The notes under the pieces: generated by a model
Databases searched by the model: none
Told to the model about the DNA's origin: nothing
What the model saw: only the letters and a program-made list of their open reading frames with translations
NCBI RefSeq assembly: GCF_006345805.1
Contig: NC_043018.1
Span: 24,180,001 to 24,244,000 of the forward strand
Origin: Octopus sinensis
Taxonomy: Eukaryota
Length of the DNA stretch: 64,000 nucleotides
Direction: 5' to 3'
Shown here: piece after piece, positions 39,329 through 51,046 of the stretch
How positions within the stretch are numbered: position 1 is the first letter of the stretch
Layout of the letters: every line of letters begins with the position of its first letter
Program-made: the position numbers and the translations under genes

Positions 39329-39479
39329 ATATAGAGTTACAGCTGTATATATGTTTATATTCCTTGTTTAAATTGAATGTTTTTTTCTTTGAATGCTGTG
39401 AAAAGTTCTGCTTTTTCATTTTTTACTTTAGTCTATACATCATCATCATCATCATCACCACCACCACCACCATCACGAC

Positions 39480-39535
<56 letters not shown>

Positions 39536-40461
39536 CTACCATCCTCCTCCTCCTCCTCATCATCATCATCAGCATCATCATTTAATGTCCATTTTCCTTG
39601 CTGGCATAGGTTGTACAGTTTGGCCAGAGCTAGCAAGTTGGGGGAGCTGCCCCAGGTCCCAGTCATCTGTTTTGGCTTGGTTTTGGCACAAGGCCAGCAA
39701 TTTCGAGAGAGATGGGCTAAGTTGATTTTAATCGACCCCCCCTCCCCCCAATACTCGACTGGTACTTATTTTATCAACCCCAATAGGACAAAAGGTAAAG
39801 TCAGCCTCAGCAGCATTTGAACTCAGAACGTAAAGACGGATGAAATACCACGGAGCATTTTGCCTGGTGTGCTAACAATTCTGCCAAGTCACCATCTTAG
39901 CTATGTGTGTTAACTCTTTAGCTTTCAGATTATTCTGTCAAATACAACGCTTATTTATTCATATCATCTGATATTAATTGTGCATTATCATGAAGCTTCA
40001 AGGTTTCAATGATATAACATTGTAAAGGGTTAAATATTAAGTATGTTAACACTAATGTACCTCTCTCTCTCTCTCTCTCTCTTCTTTTATCTTTCTTCCT
40101 TTGTTCTGTCTTTGTTTCTTTCTTCTTTCTCCCATTCCTCTATCTTTCCTTCCTTCTTACCATTTCTTTCTTTCTTTCTCAACTACTTAAAGCTCCCTCT
40201 ATTAAATACATTAACATTAACTTACCTGTCTGTATCTACTCTAACCCATGTATATATATATGTGTGTGTGATGTATGTGTGTGTAAAACATATACACACA
40301 CACATATACACATACATAAATACATAAATACATACATACATACATACATAAATACATACATATATACATACATACATACATACATATACACATACATAAA
40401 TACATACATACATACATACATACATACATACATACACACATACATAAATACATAAATACAT

Positions 40462-40494
<33 letters not shown>

Positions 40495-42730
40495 TATATG
40501 TATATACACACACATATCCCTTGAACATAAATTTATTTCTAGTTAGTTTCCTAATGCTTTCTTCTGTATTAAATCTGTTAACACTGTTCTTCTTATTTGC
40601 CTGTATTTTTATCTATTTCTTTGTTTCTTGTTAGCTTCTAAATATTCTTCGCATTAAATCTCTCAGTAACTAATTTTCCTATCTTTACATCTGTCTCGTG
40701 ACATATATTATTAGTTAACCTTTTTTTTGGCCCCCATCTATAAAACATGTTAACACTGTCTAAATGGAGGTCAGCCTTGCACTACACCCATGCCAGTCCT
40801 CTTTCTGCCACCACCACTGCAAACACCACCACCACCACCACCACCACCACCACCACTGCTGTCACCACCATCACCACCACTACCACCACCACCGTCGCCA
40901 CCACCACCGTCGCCACCACCACCGTCGCCGCCACCACCAACACCATCACCGCTGTCATCCACCACAATCACCGCTGTCATCCACCACCATCACCACTACT
41001 ATTGTCGTCCTCATATAATGTCCACTTTTCCATGGGATGGATGGATTTTGTTGAGGCAGATTTTTTTAATGGCTGGATACCCTTTCTGTTGCCAACCGTT
41101 ATCTGCTTCCAAGCAAATTTGATGAAGTTTAGATCTCAGGAACAGTTTGATGTATTGCTGAACAGTCAATGGCATAGGAAAGCATAAAGATTGCAGTTGT
41201 AGTTGATTGTAATTGTTAGCTGATACGGAGGACTGGAAGCCATCTGAATATTCATCATCGTTTAACGTCCGCTTTCCATGCTAGCATGGGTTGGACGATT
41301 TGACTGAGGACTGGCGAACCAGATGGCTGCACCAGGCTCCAATCTTGATCTGGCAGAGTTTCTACAGCTGGGTGCCCTTCCTAATGCCAACCACTCCGAG
41401 AGTATAGTGGGTGCTTTTACGTGCCATCAGCACGAGGGCCAGTCAGGCAGTACTGGCAACGGCCACTCTCAAATGGTGTTTTTTACATGCCACCTGCACA
41501 GGAGCCAGTTCAGCAGCACTGGCAATGACCTCGCTCAAATGGTTTTTCACATGCCACTGGCACAAGTGCCAGTAAGGCGACACTGGTACTGATCATGCTT
41601 GAATATTGATCTCAAATATTGGCACAAGGCCTGTAAGTTATGGGGAGGGAGTAAGCCAATTACATCAGCCCAAGTGAGCAGCTGGTTTCTATTTTACTGA
41701 CCCCAAAAGGCTGAAAGGTAAAGTCGATCCCAGTGGTATTTGAACTCAGAACCTAAAAACATGAAATGCTGCAAAACATTTTGCCTGGCACAGTAACAAT
41801 TCTGCCAGCTTCCCACCATGAACCACACTGTATCATGATGATTCATGCCCAGGTATCAAAATGCCAACATCATGACTGCTGCTCAATGCTATGTGAACAC
41901 TGTAAAGGCTGTAAGGCATGACATGGATATCATGGAAAGCAAGTCTCCCCAAACTGAGTGGTCTTTAGGTGCATCTCCATGCCCCATATCTTTGAACAAA
42001 GCCTTAAGAAGTGGTGTAGCTAAAGCGTGTGTTGCCCCCAGGCCCCCACAAAATACACATATTGCACAGTGACAATATTTATTTCTTTACTACCCACAAG
42101 GGGCTAAACACAGAGGAGATAAACAAGGACAGACAAAGGGATTAAGTCGATTACATCAACCCCAGTGCATAACTGGTACTTAATTTATCGACCCCGGAAG
42201 GATGAAAGGCAAAGTCGACCTCGGCAGAATTTGAACTGGGAACGTAACGGCAGATGAAATACGGCAACACATTTCGCCTGGCGTGCTAACGTTTCTGCCA
42301 GCTCGCCACCTTATTGATTGTTCATTTAACAGTGAATAGTGTCCATGTCCCAACATTAAAACCACTATTATTTGATTTCAATACAGCCTATACAGCAGAC
42401 CCAAAAGTGATGCCACCCCCATAAAAGTGCTACCTGGGGCATACCGTCCCCTCTGCCCAACTCTAACTATGCTTATAGCCTTAGGCTCAATTCAGACGGC
42501 TGTGTGAAGCTGTTGGAACCTGCGGTCAAATCCTGGCTGTGTGACAGCAGGATCTGGCTCCTTGCCATACCACCAGAACATATTGACCCCAGGACTTATT
42601 CTTTGTAAGTGTAGCACTTATTCTATTGGTCTCTTTTGCCGAACTGCTAAGTTATGGGAACATAAACACACCAACATCGGTTGTCAAGCGATGGTGGAGG
42701 AACAAGCACAGACATACAAATACACACACT

Positions 42731-42786
<56 letters not shown>

Positions 42787-44896
42787 CACATATGATGGCC
42801 TTCTTTCACTTTCCATCTACCAAATCCACTTACAAGGCTTTGGTCAGCCCAAGGCTATAGAAGAAGACATTTGCCCAAGGTGCCATGCAGTGGGGCTGAA
42901 CCTGGAACCATGTGGTTGGGAAGCAAGCTTCTTCCCACACAGCCACTCCTGAGCCTATTTAAAATGCTTTTATTTTTGGGTGAGATATTGTGAGATATTT
43001 TCTTTTCCTTTCATGCAAACTGTCAATTTAGCCCAAATACTCTGTATATACAAGGCATGAGTAAAAAAATAATGCCAATAAAACCTGTACTACTTTCTGA
43101 CCCATCCTCATATTTGAAATATTTAAAAATATTTTCTGACCTTTAAAAAGTTTTCTCTTAAACATCTTTTTTTGCAAATTATGTCTTGATAATCAGCATC
43201 TATTTTTGACATCTATTTTAACATTCTTAAGTGGGAATGGTGCAATTGTTGCTTATGTAAGTGCAGACAAGTCAATGTGGTTAAGATGCTCACTTCACAA
43301 CCCTTTGGGCCCAGGTTCTGTACAGTACCTTGGGCAAGTATCATCCATTGAAGCTCTGGGCCAACCAAAACCTTTTGGGTAGATTTAGGAGACAGAAAAT
43401 GAAAGCCTGTTGTATATATATTTTATCTTTTACTTGTTTCAGTCACCAGACTGTGGCCATGCTGGGGCACCACCTTGAATTTTTAGCTGAATGAATCAAC
43501 CCCAGTACTTCTCGTTTTTTTTTAAGAAGTGGCACTTATTCTATCAGTGTCTTTTGCCAAACTGCTAAGTTACAGGGAGACAAACACACCAACACTGGTT
43601 GTCAGATGGTGGTGGTAGTGGAGGGCAAAGACAGACACAAAGAAACACACACATAGATATACATACATATATACATATACATATATATAAATGGCGGTGC
43701 CGCAGCATGGCCACAGCTCAAGAGCTGAAACTGGAAAACATAAATAAACATAAAATATATATATATACACACACAAATAAACTTATTGTTAACAAAAGTC
43801 AGGATGTGTGGCATTCAGTTATTCCATAAATAGAAAATGCATTAAATACTACAAAACGTAGGACATACATAGAGACCCTAATTCTTCCTCAATTATTGGC
43901 CAAAAATGCTAATACTCTGTTTCGTGCCTATATATATATATATATCTATATATACCGGAGTAAACACATAAATGTGAAACAAGGTGGAAAAAAGAGTACT
44001 CAAATACCAGTGGTAGAGTAATATGCTTAATTTTAAGCAGCAGAAAATTCAACAAAACCTGTTACTCGGCAACGGGAAACTCAGAGTAACAGGTTTTGTT
44101 GAATTTTCTGCTGCTTTAAATAAAGTATATCTATATATATATATATATTATGGAGATGTACTTGCATAGCGAGTGACTTGATCTGAGATCGTGTGCTGGA
44201 AGGAAAACAATTGCAGCGTGGAAGGTGTTTATAAGCCATTTAAGAAACACACAAAACCGTTAGATTCACTTCAACATTTAAATTTAATTTGTCAAAATAT
44301 TTTCGTTGCTTTGAGACCGCGACCTGTTCACTGACAAAACTTCTTGCTGCATCATATATATATATATACAATGAGCTTCTTTCAGTTTCATTTAACAAAT
44401 CTACTCATAAGGCTTTGGTCAGCCTGAGGCTATAATAGAAATTGCCATGCAGTGGGACTGAACATGGAACCATGTGGTTGGGAAGCAAGCTTCTCACCAT
44501 ACAGCCACACCTGCGCCTATATATCCATCTATCAATCGCTTTCTCCCTCTTTCTCCATATATATATATACATATACATATATCACCGTGACCGACCAGGC
44601 TATCTGATGCTGTTACACATCGCTGGTCACAATGCGCTTTGCATTGTTTTAGCCTTCAAGTGACGCCACCCCGCTGGCTAAGCGAGCAGGCCAACAGAAG
44701 AAAGAGTGAGAGAAAGTTGTGGCGAAAGAGTACAGCAAGGACCGCCACCACCCCTTGCTGGAGCCTCGTGAAGCTTTAGGTGTTTTCGCTCAATAAACAC
44801 TCACAACGCCTGGTCTGGGAATCGAAACCGCGATCCTCCGACCGCGATTCCGCTGCCCTAACCACTGGGCCACATACATATATATACTTACATAAA

Positions 44897-45118
44897 GGCG
44901 GCAAGCTGGCAGAAACGTTAGCACGCCGAGCGAAATGCTCAGCAGTATTTCGTCTGCCGTTACGTTCTGAGTTCAAATTCCGCCGAGGTCGACTTTGCCT
45001 TTCATCCTTTCGGGGTCGATAAATTAAGTACCAGTTACGCACTGGGGTCGATATAATCGACTTAATCTGTCTGTCTGTCTTGTCCCCTCTGTGTTTCCCT
45101 TTTGTGTCGTAAAAGAAA
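44897..45118 (+). mobile_element. SINE family B (GGCGGCAAGCTGGCAGAA head, GAGTTCAAATTCC B-box)
   Basis: Recurrent element; other copies at 8970, 9197, 36590 (+) and 4060, 11320, 11745, 39700, 41620, 42078-42310 (-). Confidence 0.8.
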
Positions 45119-46084
45119 TTATATGTATAATGTATATATGTATTAATGTATATATGTATATTTATGTATAATAATTGACTTAATCCCTTCGTCTGTCCTA
45201 GTTTGTTCCCTCTATGTTTAGCCCCTTGTGAGCAATAAAGAAATATATATATTACACACACACACACACACAAGCATTTCCTCTCAAAAGGCATTGATCA
45301 GCTGGAGGTAGTAGTAGAAGACACTTGACCGTGGTACTGTCGGGTGGGATTGAACCCAAAAGCACGCAACTTACAAAGTGATGAAATATCAAAATACGCT
45401 TGAATGGCGGGGAGCCAAGATACAGAACGTATCCAAAGATTCTGTTTTAGCTGAATCATTCTTATAAGTAGGAACAGTTTGTTCATTGAAGCTCTGGTTT
45501 ATTTACAGTTTGATGACTGTCCTATTTGGTGCTGACCATTCAACTGTGAAATAAATACTGTGCGTGACAGAGACGACATAATCGTTTTGTTTACTTCTGA
45601 TAAACAGAATGGGTATATGTACGTGTGGCACATGTGGTGTGTGTGTGTTTGTGAGAGCGTATATGCATGTGTGGGTGGCTGTTTGTGGACGAGTGCATGT
45701 GTATAAGCGTATTAATGCATGAGTGTGTATACATAAGTGCTTGTATGAGCATGTGTGTATGTTTGTATATATGTGTGAGTGTGTGTGTGTGTGTATGCTT
45801 GCTTGCATAAGTCTTTGTATGTTTGTAAATGTGTGTGTTTGTGAGTGTGTGCACGCTTGCATTAGTGTTTGTATGTGTGTGTGTGGGTGCAATGTGTGCG
45901 TGCTTGCATATATATGTATATATGTGTGAATGTGTGTGTATGGACATGTATGTGTGTGTATGCTTATGTATGTATGTGTGTATGGATATGTATGTATGTA
46001 CAATTTATGTCTGTGTGAGTGTAGACATGTATGTGTGTGTGTACACACGAATGCGTGAAAGTATGTGTATATATATATATATAC

Positions 46085-46171
<87 letters not shown>

Positions 46172-46679
46172 ATTATATGTATATATATATATCTGTGCAA
46201 AACGATCTTCTTAGCAACACAGCCATGTCTATGTTCGAGACGGTTAAAGAAGGCAAGGATTTTACCATCATCTTTTATACTGGCATGGGTCAAATGGTTT
46301 GACAAGACCTAACAGGCTTGAGCACTGCATCATGCTCCAATGTCCATTTTAGAATGGCTTCTATGACTGAAAGCCCTTCCCATGTTACAGAACGTACTGG
46401 ATAGATTATTTTTTCATGGTACCATAAAGAAATTATATTAATTTTGCTTCTGTTAAGCTGTACGTAAAAATAACCACAAAGATGTGTTCGAGTGTTTATT
46501 AAGGATCTACAACATGAGAGAGGGAGCGATTCACCATTTAGGCCAGGGTCTCTTTCCTGCTTTGCACGGAAGTCCGTTTTTCCCGCCGATCAGTTCAATA
46601 AATAGTCTGCAGCAAAGGTCCTCATCTACAAGTCGTTCCTTACAAGTTCACGGACACACACACGCACGCACACACACAC

Positions 46680-46739
<60 letters not shown>

Positions 46740-46765
46740 ATATATATATATATATAAATGAGGAT

Positions 46766-47183
46766 GGATTTTTTCGGTTTGAACGGCAGTTTTTTAAAAT
46801 AATTTCCACGTAACTAAACACTTTTAAACTTCGTATACTGGTAGAATGTGTTAATAAAGCATCTTTTTCTCTTGGCTTTATTGAGAAAATTCTATAGTTT
46901 GTAAGATATTTGTTGTTTTTTTTCTTCAATTTCTGCAATTTCAATCAATCAATGACGTCTATTGAGGTGAAAACATTCTGTGCCGTATGAATATGTCCCT
47001 CGTTTAAGAAACAGATTGGGTTTATTTACATTTGTGAAGAAAAAAGATACCCTTCCCCCTCACCCCTAACCCTAATCCTAAAACAGATTGAAATGCAATA
47101 GATCGATATACTAGGGTCATAATTATGGGTGACAATTTCATATGACACCGCTAGAAAAAACTGCCGTTCAAACCGAAAAGATC

Positions 47184-47184
<1 letters not shown>
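46766..47184 (+). mobile_element. MITE of the same family, abutting the fold-back pair
   Basis: Same TIR and body as 58092-58544; no clear TSD. A diverged partial relative lies at about 62095-62290. Confidence 0.8.
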
Positions 47185-47216
<32 letters not shown>

Positions 47217-47219
<3 letters not shown>

Positions 47220-47878
47220 GAAATATTAAAATTACTAAGTCTCCCTAAAAGAGAACAACGGCAGCGTTCCCGGAAAATATTAGTTATCGCCATACTAATA
47301 TGGCATTCTTATAAAATAAGAAAAAAGCTGACCGCTTATTAGCTCCATGAGGCCATCGCCTTAAGTTAGCTATTGATACACAAACTGTATCCATATAACC
47401 TTCCAACAAGGGAGGTCAGTCGCTCCACATACTTGACCGACAGCTACAGACGCGTTTCGGGGTATTGCCCCTTTTCAATGAGCAGCGTAGCCAAACCAGT
47501 AGGTGTCGCTTCCGACAATCTCTGTTCAAAGGTTTTATTTACCTAGATCGGTGGAATACATCCACTTGTTTTCAATAATAGAAATATTAAAATACTAAGT
47601 CTCTCTAAAAGAGAACAACGGCAGCGTTCCCGGAAAATATTAGTTATCGCCATACTACTGGTTTGGCTACGCTGCATTGAACAGGGGCAATACCCCGAAA
47701 CGCGTCTGTAGCTGCCGGCCCAATAGTAGTGTGGAGCGACTGACCTCCCTTGTTCAAAGGTTATATGGATACAGTTTGTGTATCAAATAGCTAACTTAAG
47801 GCGATGGCCTCATGGAGCTAATAAGCGGTCAGCTTTTTTCTTATTTTTATAAGAATGCCATATTAGTATGGCGATAAC
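47217..47878 (-). mobile_element. Fold-back repeat unit 1 (about 220-bp inverted arms) with hammerhead-like motifs; probable Penelope-like pLTR derivative
   Basis: Arms 47283-47502 and 47655-47878 are reverse complements. Block X (47217-47284) is repeated directly at 47577-47644. Flanked by (TA)n. Confidence 0.65.
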
Positions 47879-47930
47879 GAATATATATATATCTATATAT
47901 TATATATATATATATATAATATATATATAT

Positions 47931-48586
47931 AATAGAAATATTAAAATTACTAGTCCCCTAAAAGAGAACAACGGCCGTTCCCGGAAAATATTAGTTATCG
48001 CCATACTAATATGGCATTCTTATAAAATAAGAAAAAAGCTGACCGCTTATTAGCTCCATGAGGCCATCGCCTTAAGTTAGCTATTTGATACACAAACTGT
48101 ATCCATATAACCTTCCAACAAGGGAGGTCAGTCGCTCCACACTACTTGACCGACAGCTACAGACGCGTTTCGGGGTATTGCCCCTTTTCAATGCAGCGTA
48201 GCCAAACCAGTAGGTGTCGCTTCCGACAATCTCTGTTCAAAGGTTTTATTTACCTAGCTTCGGTGGAATACATCCACTTGTTTTCAATAATAGAAATATT
48301 AAAATTACTAAGTCTCTCTAAAAGAGAACAACGGCAGCGTTCCCGGAAAATATTAGTTATCGCCATACTACTGGTTTGGCTACGCTGCATTGAAAAGGGG
48401 CAATACCCCGAAACGCGTCTGTAGCTGCCGGCCAAGTAGTGTGGAGCGACTGACCTCCCTTGTTCAAAGGTTATATGGATACAGTTTGTGTATCAAATAG
48501 CTAACTTAAGGCGATGGCCTCATGGAGCTAATAAGCGGTCAGCTTTTTTCTTATTTTTATAAGAATGCCATATTAGTATGGCGATA

Positions 48587-48590
<4 letters not shown>
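47931..48590 (-). mobile_element. Fold-back repeat unit 2, near-identical tandem copy of unit 1
   Basis: Arms 47994-48213 and 48368-48586 with the same internal order. Differs from unit 1 mostly by 1-bp indels. Separated from unit 1 by (TA)n at 47881-47930. Confidence 0.65.
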
Positions 48591-48636
<46 letters not shown>

Positions 48637-48757
48637 CCTTCTCGCTTAGCCAGCGGGGTGGCGTCATACGAAGGCTAAAACAATGCGAACGCATTGTGAC
48701 CAGCGATGTGTAATATTTGATGGTCTGGTCGGTCACGTGATATATATATATATATAT

Positions 48758-49939
48758 TGTTACGGTTGGCTAAGAGCATTTCGGGTTTAATTAGTGTAGT
48801 GTTTCTGGTGACCCACATCGTGGATATGGTTCCAGTATGTCTGGTGAAAATGTGACAGTCTTTTGTCTAATGGAGGACTAATGGGTTTTGGAATGACCTG
48901 TGACCTCGTGCGGCTGAGAAGAGGGTCAGGAGAATGTGAAAGAAAAGGGACAGATTAAGGGCTGAGAGCAATAGAGATAGAGTATAAGCAGTAAGGGACG
49001 GATGGAGAGGCTAAGAGTCTGGCAGGCGATAGCGATAGAGTAAGAGCAGAGGGCAAATAGAAAGGATAAGCAGTAAGGGACAGATAGAGAGGCTAAGGGA
49101 TTGAGGCGATATAGATAGAGTAAGGAATCAGAGAGCAGTTAGAGAAGGTGTGAGCGGTACAGAGGGAGATGAGGGAGTGGAAGAAGCACAGAGACGAAGT
49201 GAGGTCTTGGCAGTCGTTGAGCGGTCGTCGAAGAACACAGACGGACTCTGGAGGTCAGAGCGAGTGGATGGAACCTTGGATTTAAGGAGCAAGCGTTGGG
49301 ATTCCTGGGAGCGAGCTGGGATGCGAGGAGGCCTAGGGGCAAGCGATTGGAATATGCAGAAGGGATATGTACAGAAGGATTTGGCAGTATTCAGAGGAAT
49401 TGGCAGGATTGAGAGGAATGGGACACTGGCAGATTCAATTAGGAAGTGAGGTATGTGTTTGTGCATTGATATGTGTCACGGTGTAAAGAACAGTCAAGGA
49501 CTCTGTCGATGTGGTCGATAAAGGACATGTGAATTGAGTAAAGGACTTGTTGAATTGTAACGTGAATTGTTGTGATACGAACATTGCATAATGTATCGAA
49601 GTGTTCTGATTGGACTGTGACGTATCGTGAACATTATTTGATCTGGACTTGTTGTGTCGTTACTGAACACTGTTATATTTACATGCATGTTGTTAAATGC
49701 TTTGATCTGTTGTATGATGTATTGAGTAGTCACGTGCATGTCTTTCTTTAAATGTCTGCCTTAAATGTATTTGATGTTGTAACAATTGTGATTGTCGTAT
49801 AAACTGTTGTTTGAATATATAAGCCAGTGTTGCCAGTTTTTGCCTCTCTTTGGGTTGTGTCTCGGGTTGTGCCTCTGTATCTCTGTGCTGTTGAGGTTGT
49901 GGCAGTGTCTATCTGTATCTCCTCTCTCCGCCTCTAACA
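48758..49939 (+). mobile_element. Putative solo LTR (1182 bp)
   Basis: Begins TGTTA and ends TAACA; internal duplicated ataagcagtaagggac..gagaggctaag blocks; AATATA followed by a pyrimidine-rich U5-like end. No TSD visible. Confidence 0.5.
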
Positions 49940-49945
49940 AAAATA

Positions 49946-50041
49946 CAGATTATTTTGGGACAATTGTTTCGCTATTAATGAATTAAATGTAATTTTACTT
50001 ACAAAAAAATCCACTTGTAGCTCCTCAGCCAAAACTATCTG
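49946..50041 (-). ncRNA. Type I hammerhead ribozyme, canonical core (inverted copy 1 of 3)
   Basis: Reverse complement of 50420-50515 (plus strand reads cagattattttgggacaattgtttcgcta...tagctcctcagccaaaactatctg). Confidence 0.85.
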
Positions 50042-50419
50042 GATGAAATCCACTCAATCACACGCCAGATTTTACCATAACGATAAATACGCGTGTGGTT
50101 CAATTGATTACATCCGACGTTATAATTCAAATGCCCCAACTAACAGCGCGCCAAATTTTCACGGAAAACAAATACAGCATTTAGAAATAAATGCAGCATA
50201 ATTATAATTAATTAATAAGGGTGAGAGAATTAGATACTAATTGAATAGTATATCTATTCTACACCAAGTGGCCCAGTGCTCCGAGAAACCTGGATTATTA
50301 TAATATTTTATAATATATTATAATATTTTTACAAAATAAATATAAGAGAGTGGTCACTATATGGCTCACTCTAGCACCAGTTATGGTAAAATCTGGCGTG
50401 TGATTGAGTGGATTTCATC

Positions 50420-50515
50420 CAGATAGTTTTGGCTGAGGAGCTACAAGTGGATTTTTTTGTAAGTAAAATTACATTTAATTCATTAATAGCGAAACAATTG
50501 TCCCAAAATAATCTG
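50420..50515 (+). ncRNA. Type I hammerhead ribozyme, canonical core (copy 2 of 3)
   Basis: Stem I CAGATAGTTTTGG/CCAAAATAATCTG; core CTGAGGA 50433-50439; stem II GCTA/TAGC with 43-nt loop; GAAAC-AATT-GTC. Predicted cleavage after 50502. Confidence 0.85.
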
Positions 50516-50950
50516 TATTTTTGTTATTTTTTATTTGCCCTGTCCGTGTGAGCTAACAATCGTACTGACTTTCATGGGAAACATGTATTTTTGTGGTTGA
50601 AACCTTTTGGATTAACTGGTGCTAGAGTGAGCCATATAGTGACCACTCTCTTATATTTATTTTGTAAAAATATTATAATATATTAAAATTTCTAATAATC
50701 CAGGTTTCTCGGAGCATTAGGCCACTTGGTGTAGAATAGATATACTATTAAATTAGTATCTAATTCTCTCACCCTTATTAATTAATTATAATTATGCTGC
50801 ATTTATTTCTAAATGCTGTATTTGTTTTCCGTGAAAATTTGGCGCGCTGTTAGTTGGGGCATTTGAATTATACGTCGGATGTAATCAATTGAACCACACG
50901 CGTATTTATCGTTATGGTAAAATCTGGCGTGTGATTGAGTGGATTTCATC

Positions 50951-51046
50951 CAGATAGTTTTGGCTGAGGAGCTACAAGTGGATTTTTTTGTAAGTAAAAT
51001 TACATTTAATTCATTAATAGCGAAACAATTGTCCCAAAATAATCTG
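50951..51046 (+). ncRNA. Type I hammerhead ribozyme, canonical core (copy 3 of 3)
   Basis: Same sequence as 50420-50515 at +531 offset; CTGAGGA 50964-50970, GTC 51031-51033. Confidence 0.85.

Noticed and set aside
44288-44338. Three-stem motif on minus strand (TTTGTC-AGTGAACAG-GTCGC..GCAAC-GAAAATATTTT-GACAAA) with hammerhead-like topology
   Set aside because: Core departs too far from CUGANGA and there is no valid NUH site in register; topology alone is insufficient.
47217-48590. Treating the two tandem fold-back units as two independent insertions
   Set aside because: They differ mainly by 1-bp indels and could be a local tandem duplication or an uncollapsed assembly duplicate; this cannot be resolved without reads.
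49128-49466. ORFs of 99-112 aa on both strands within the putative LTR
   Set aside because: Purine/pyrimidine strand bias explains the open frames; no gag, pol or other motif.
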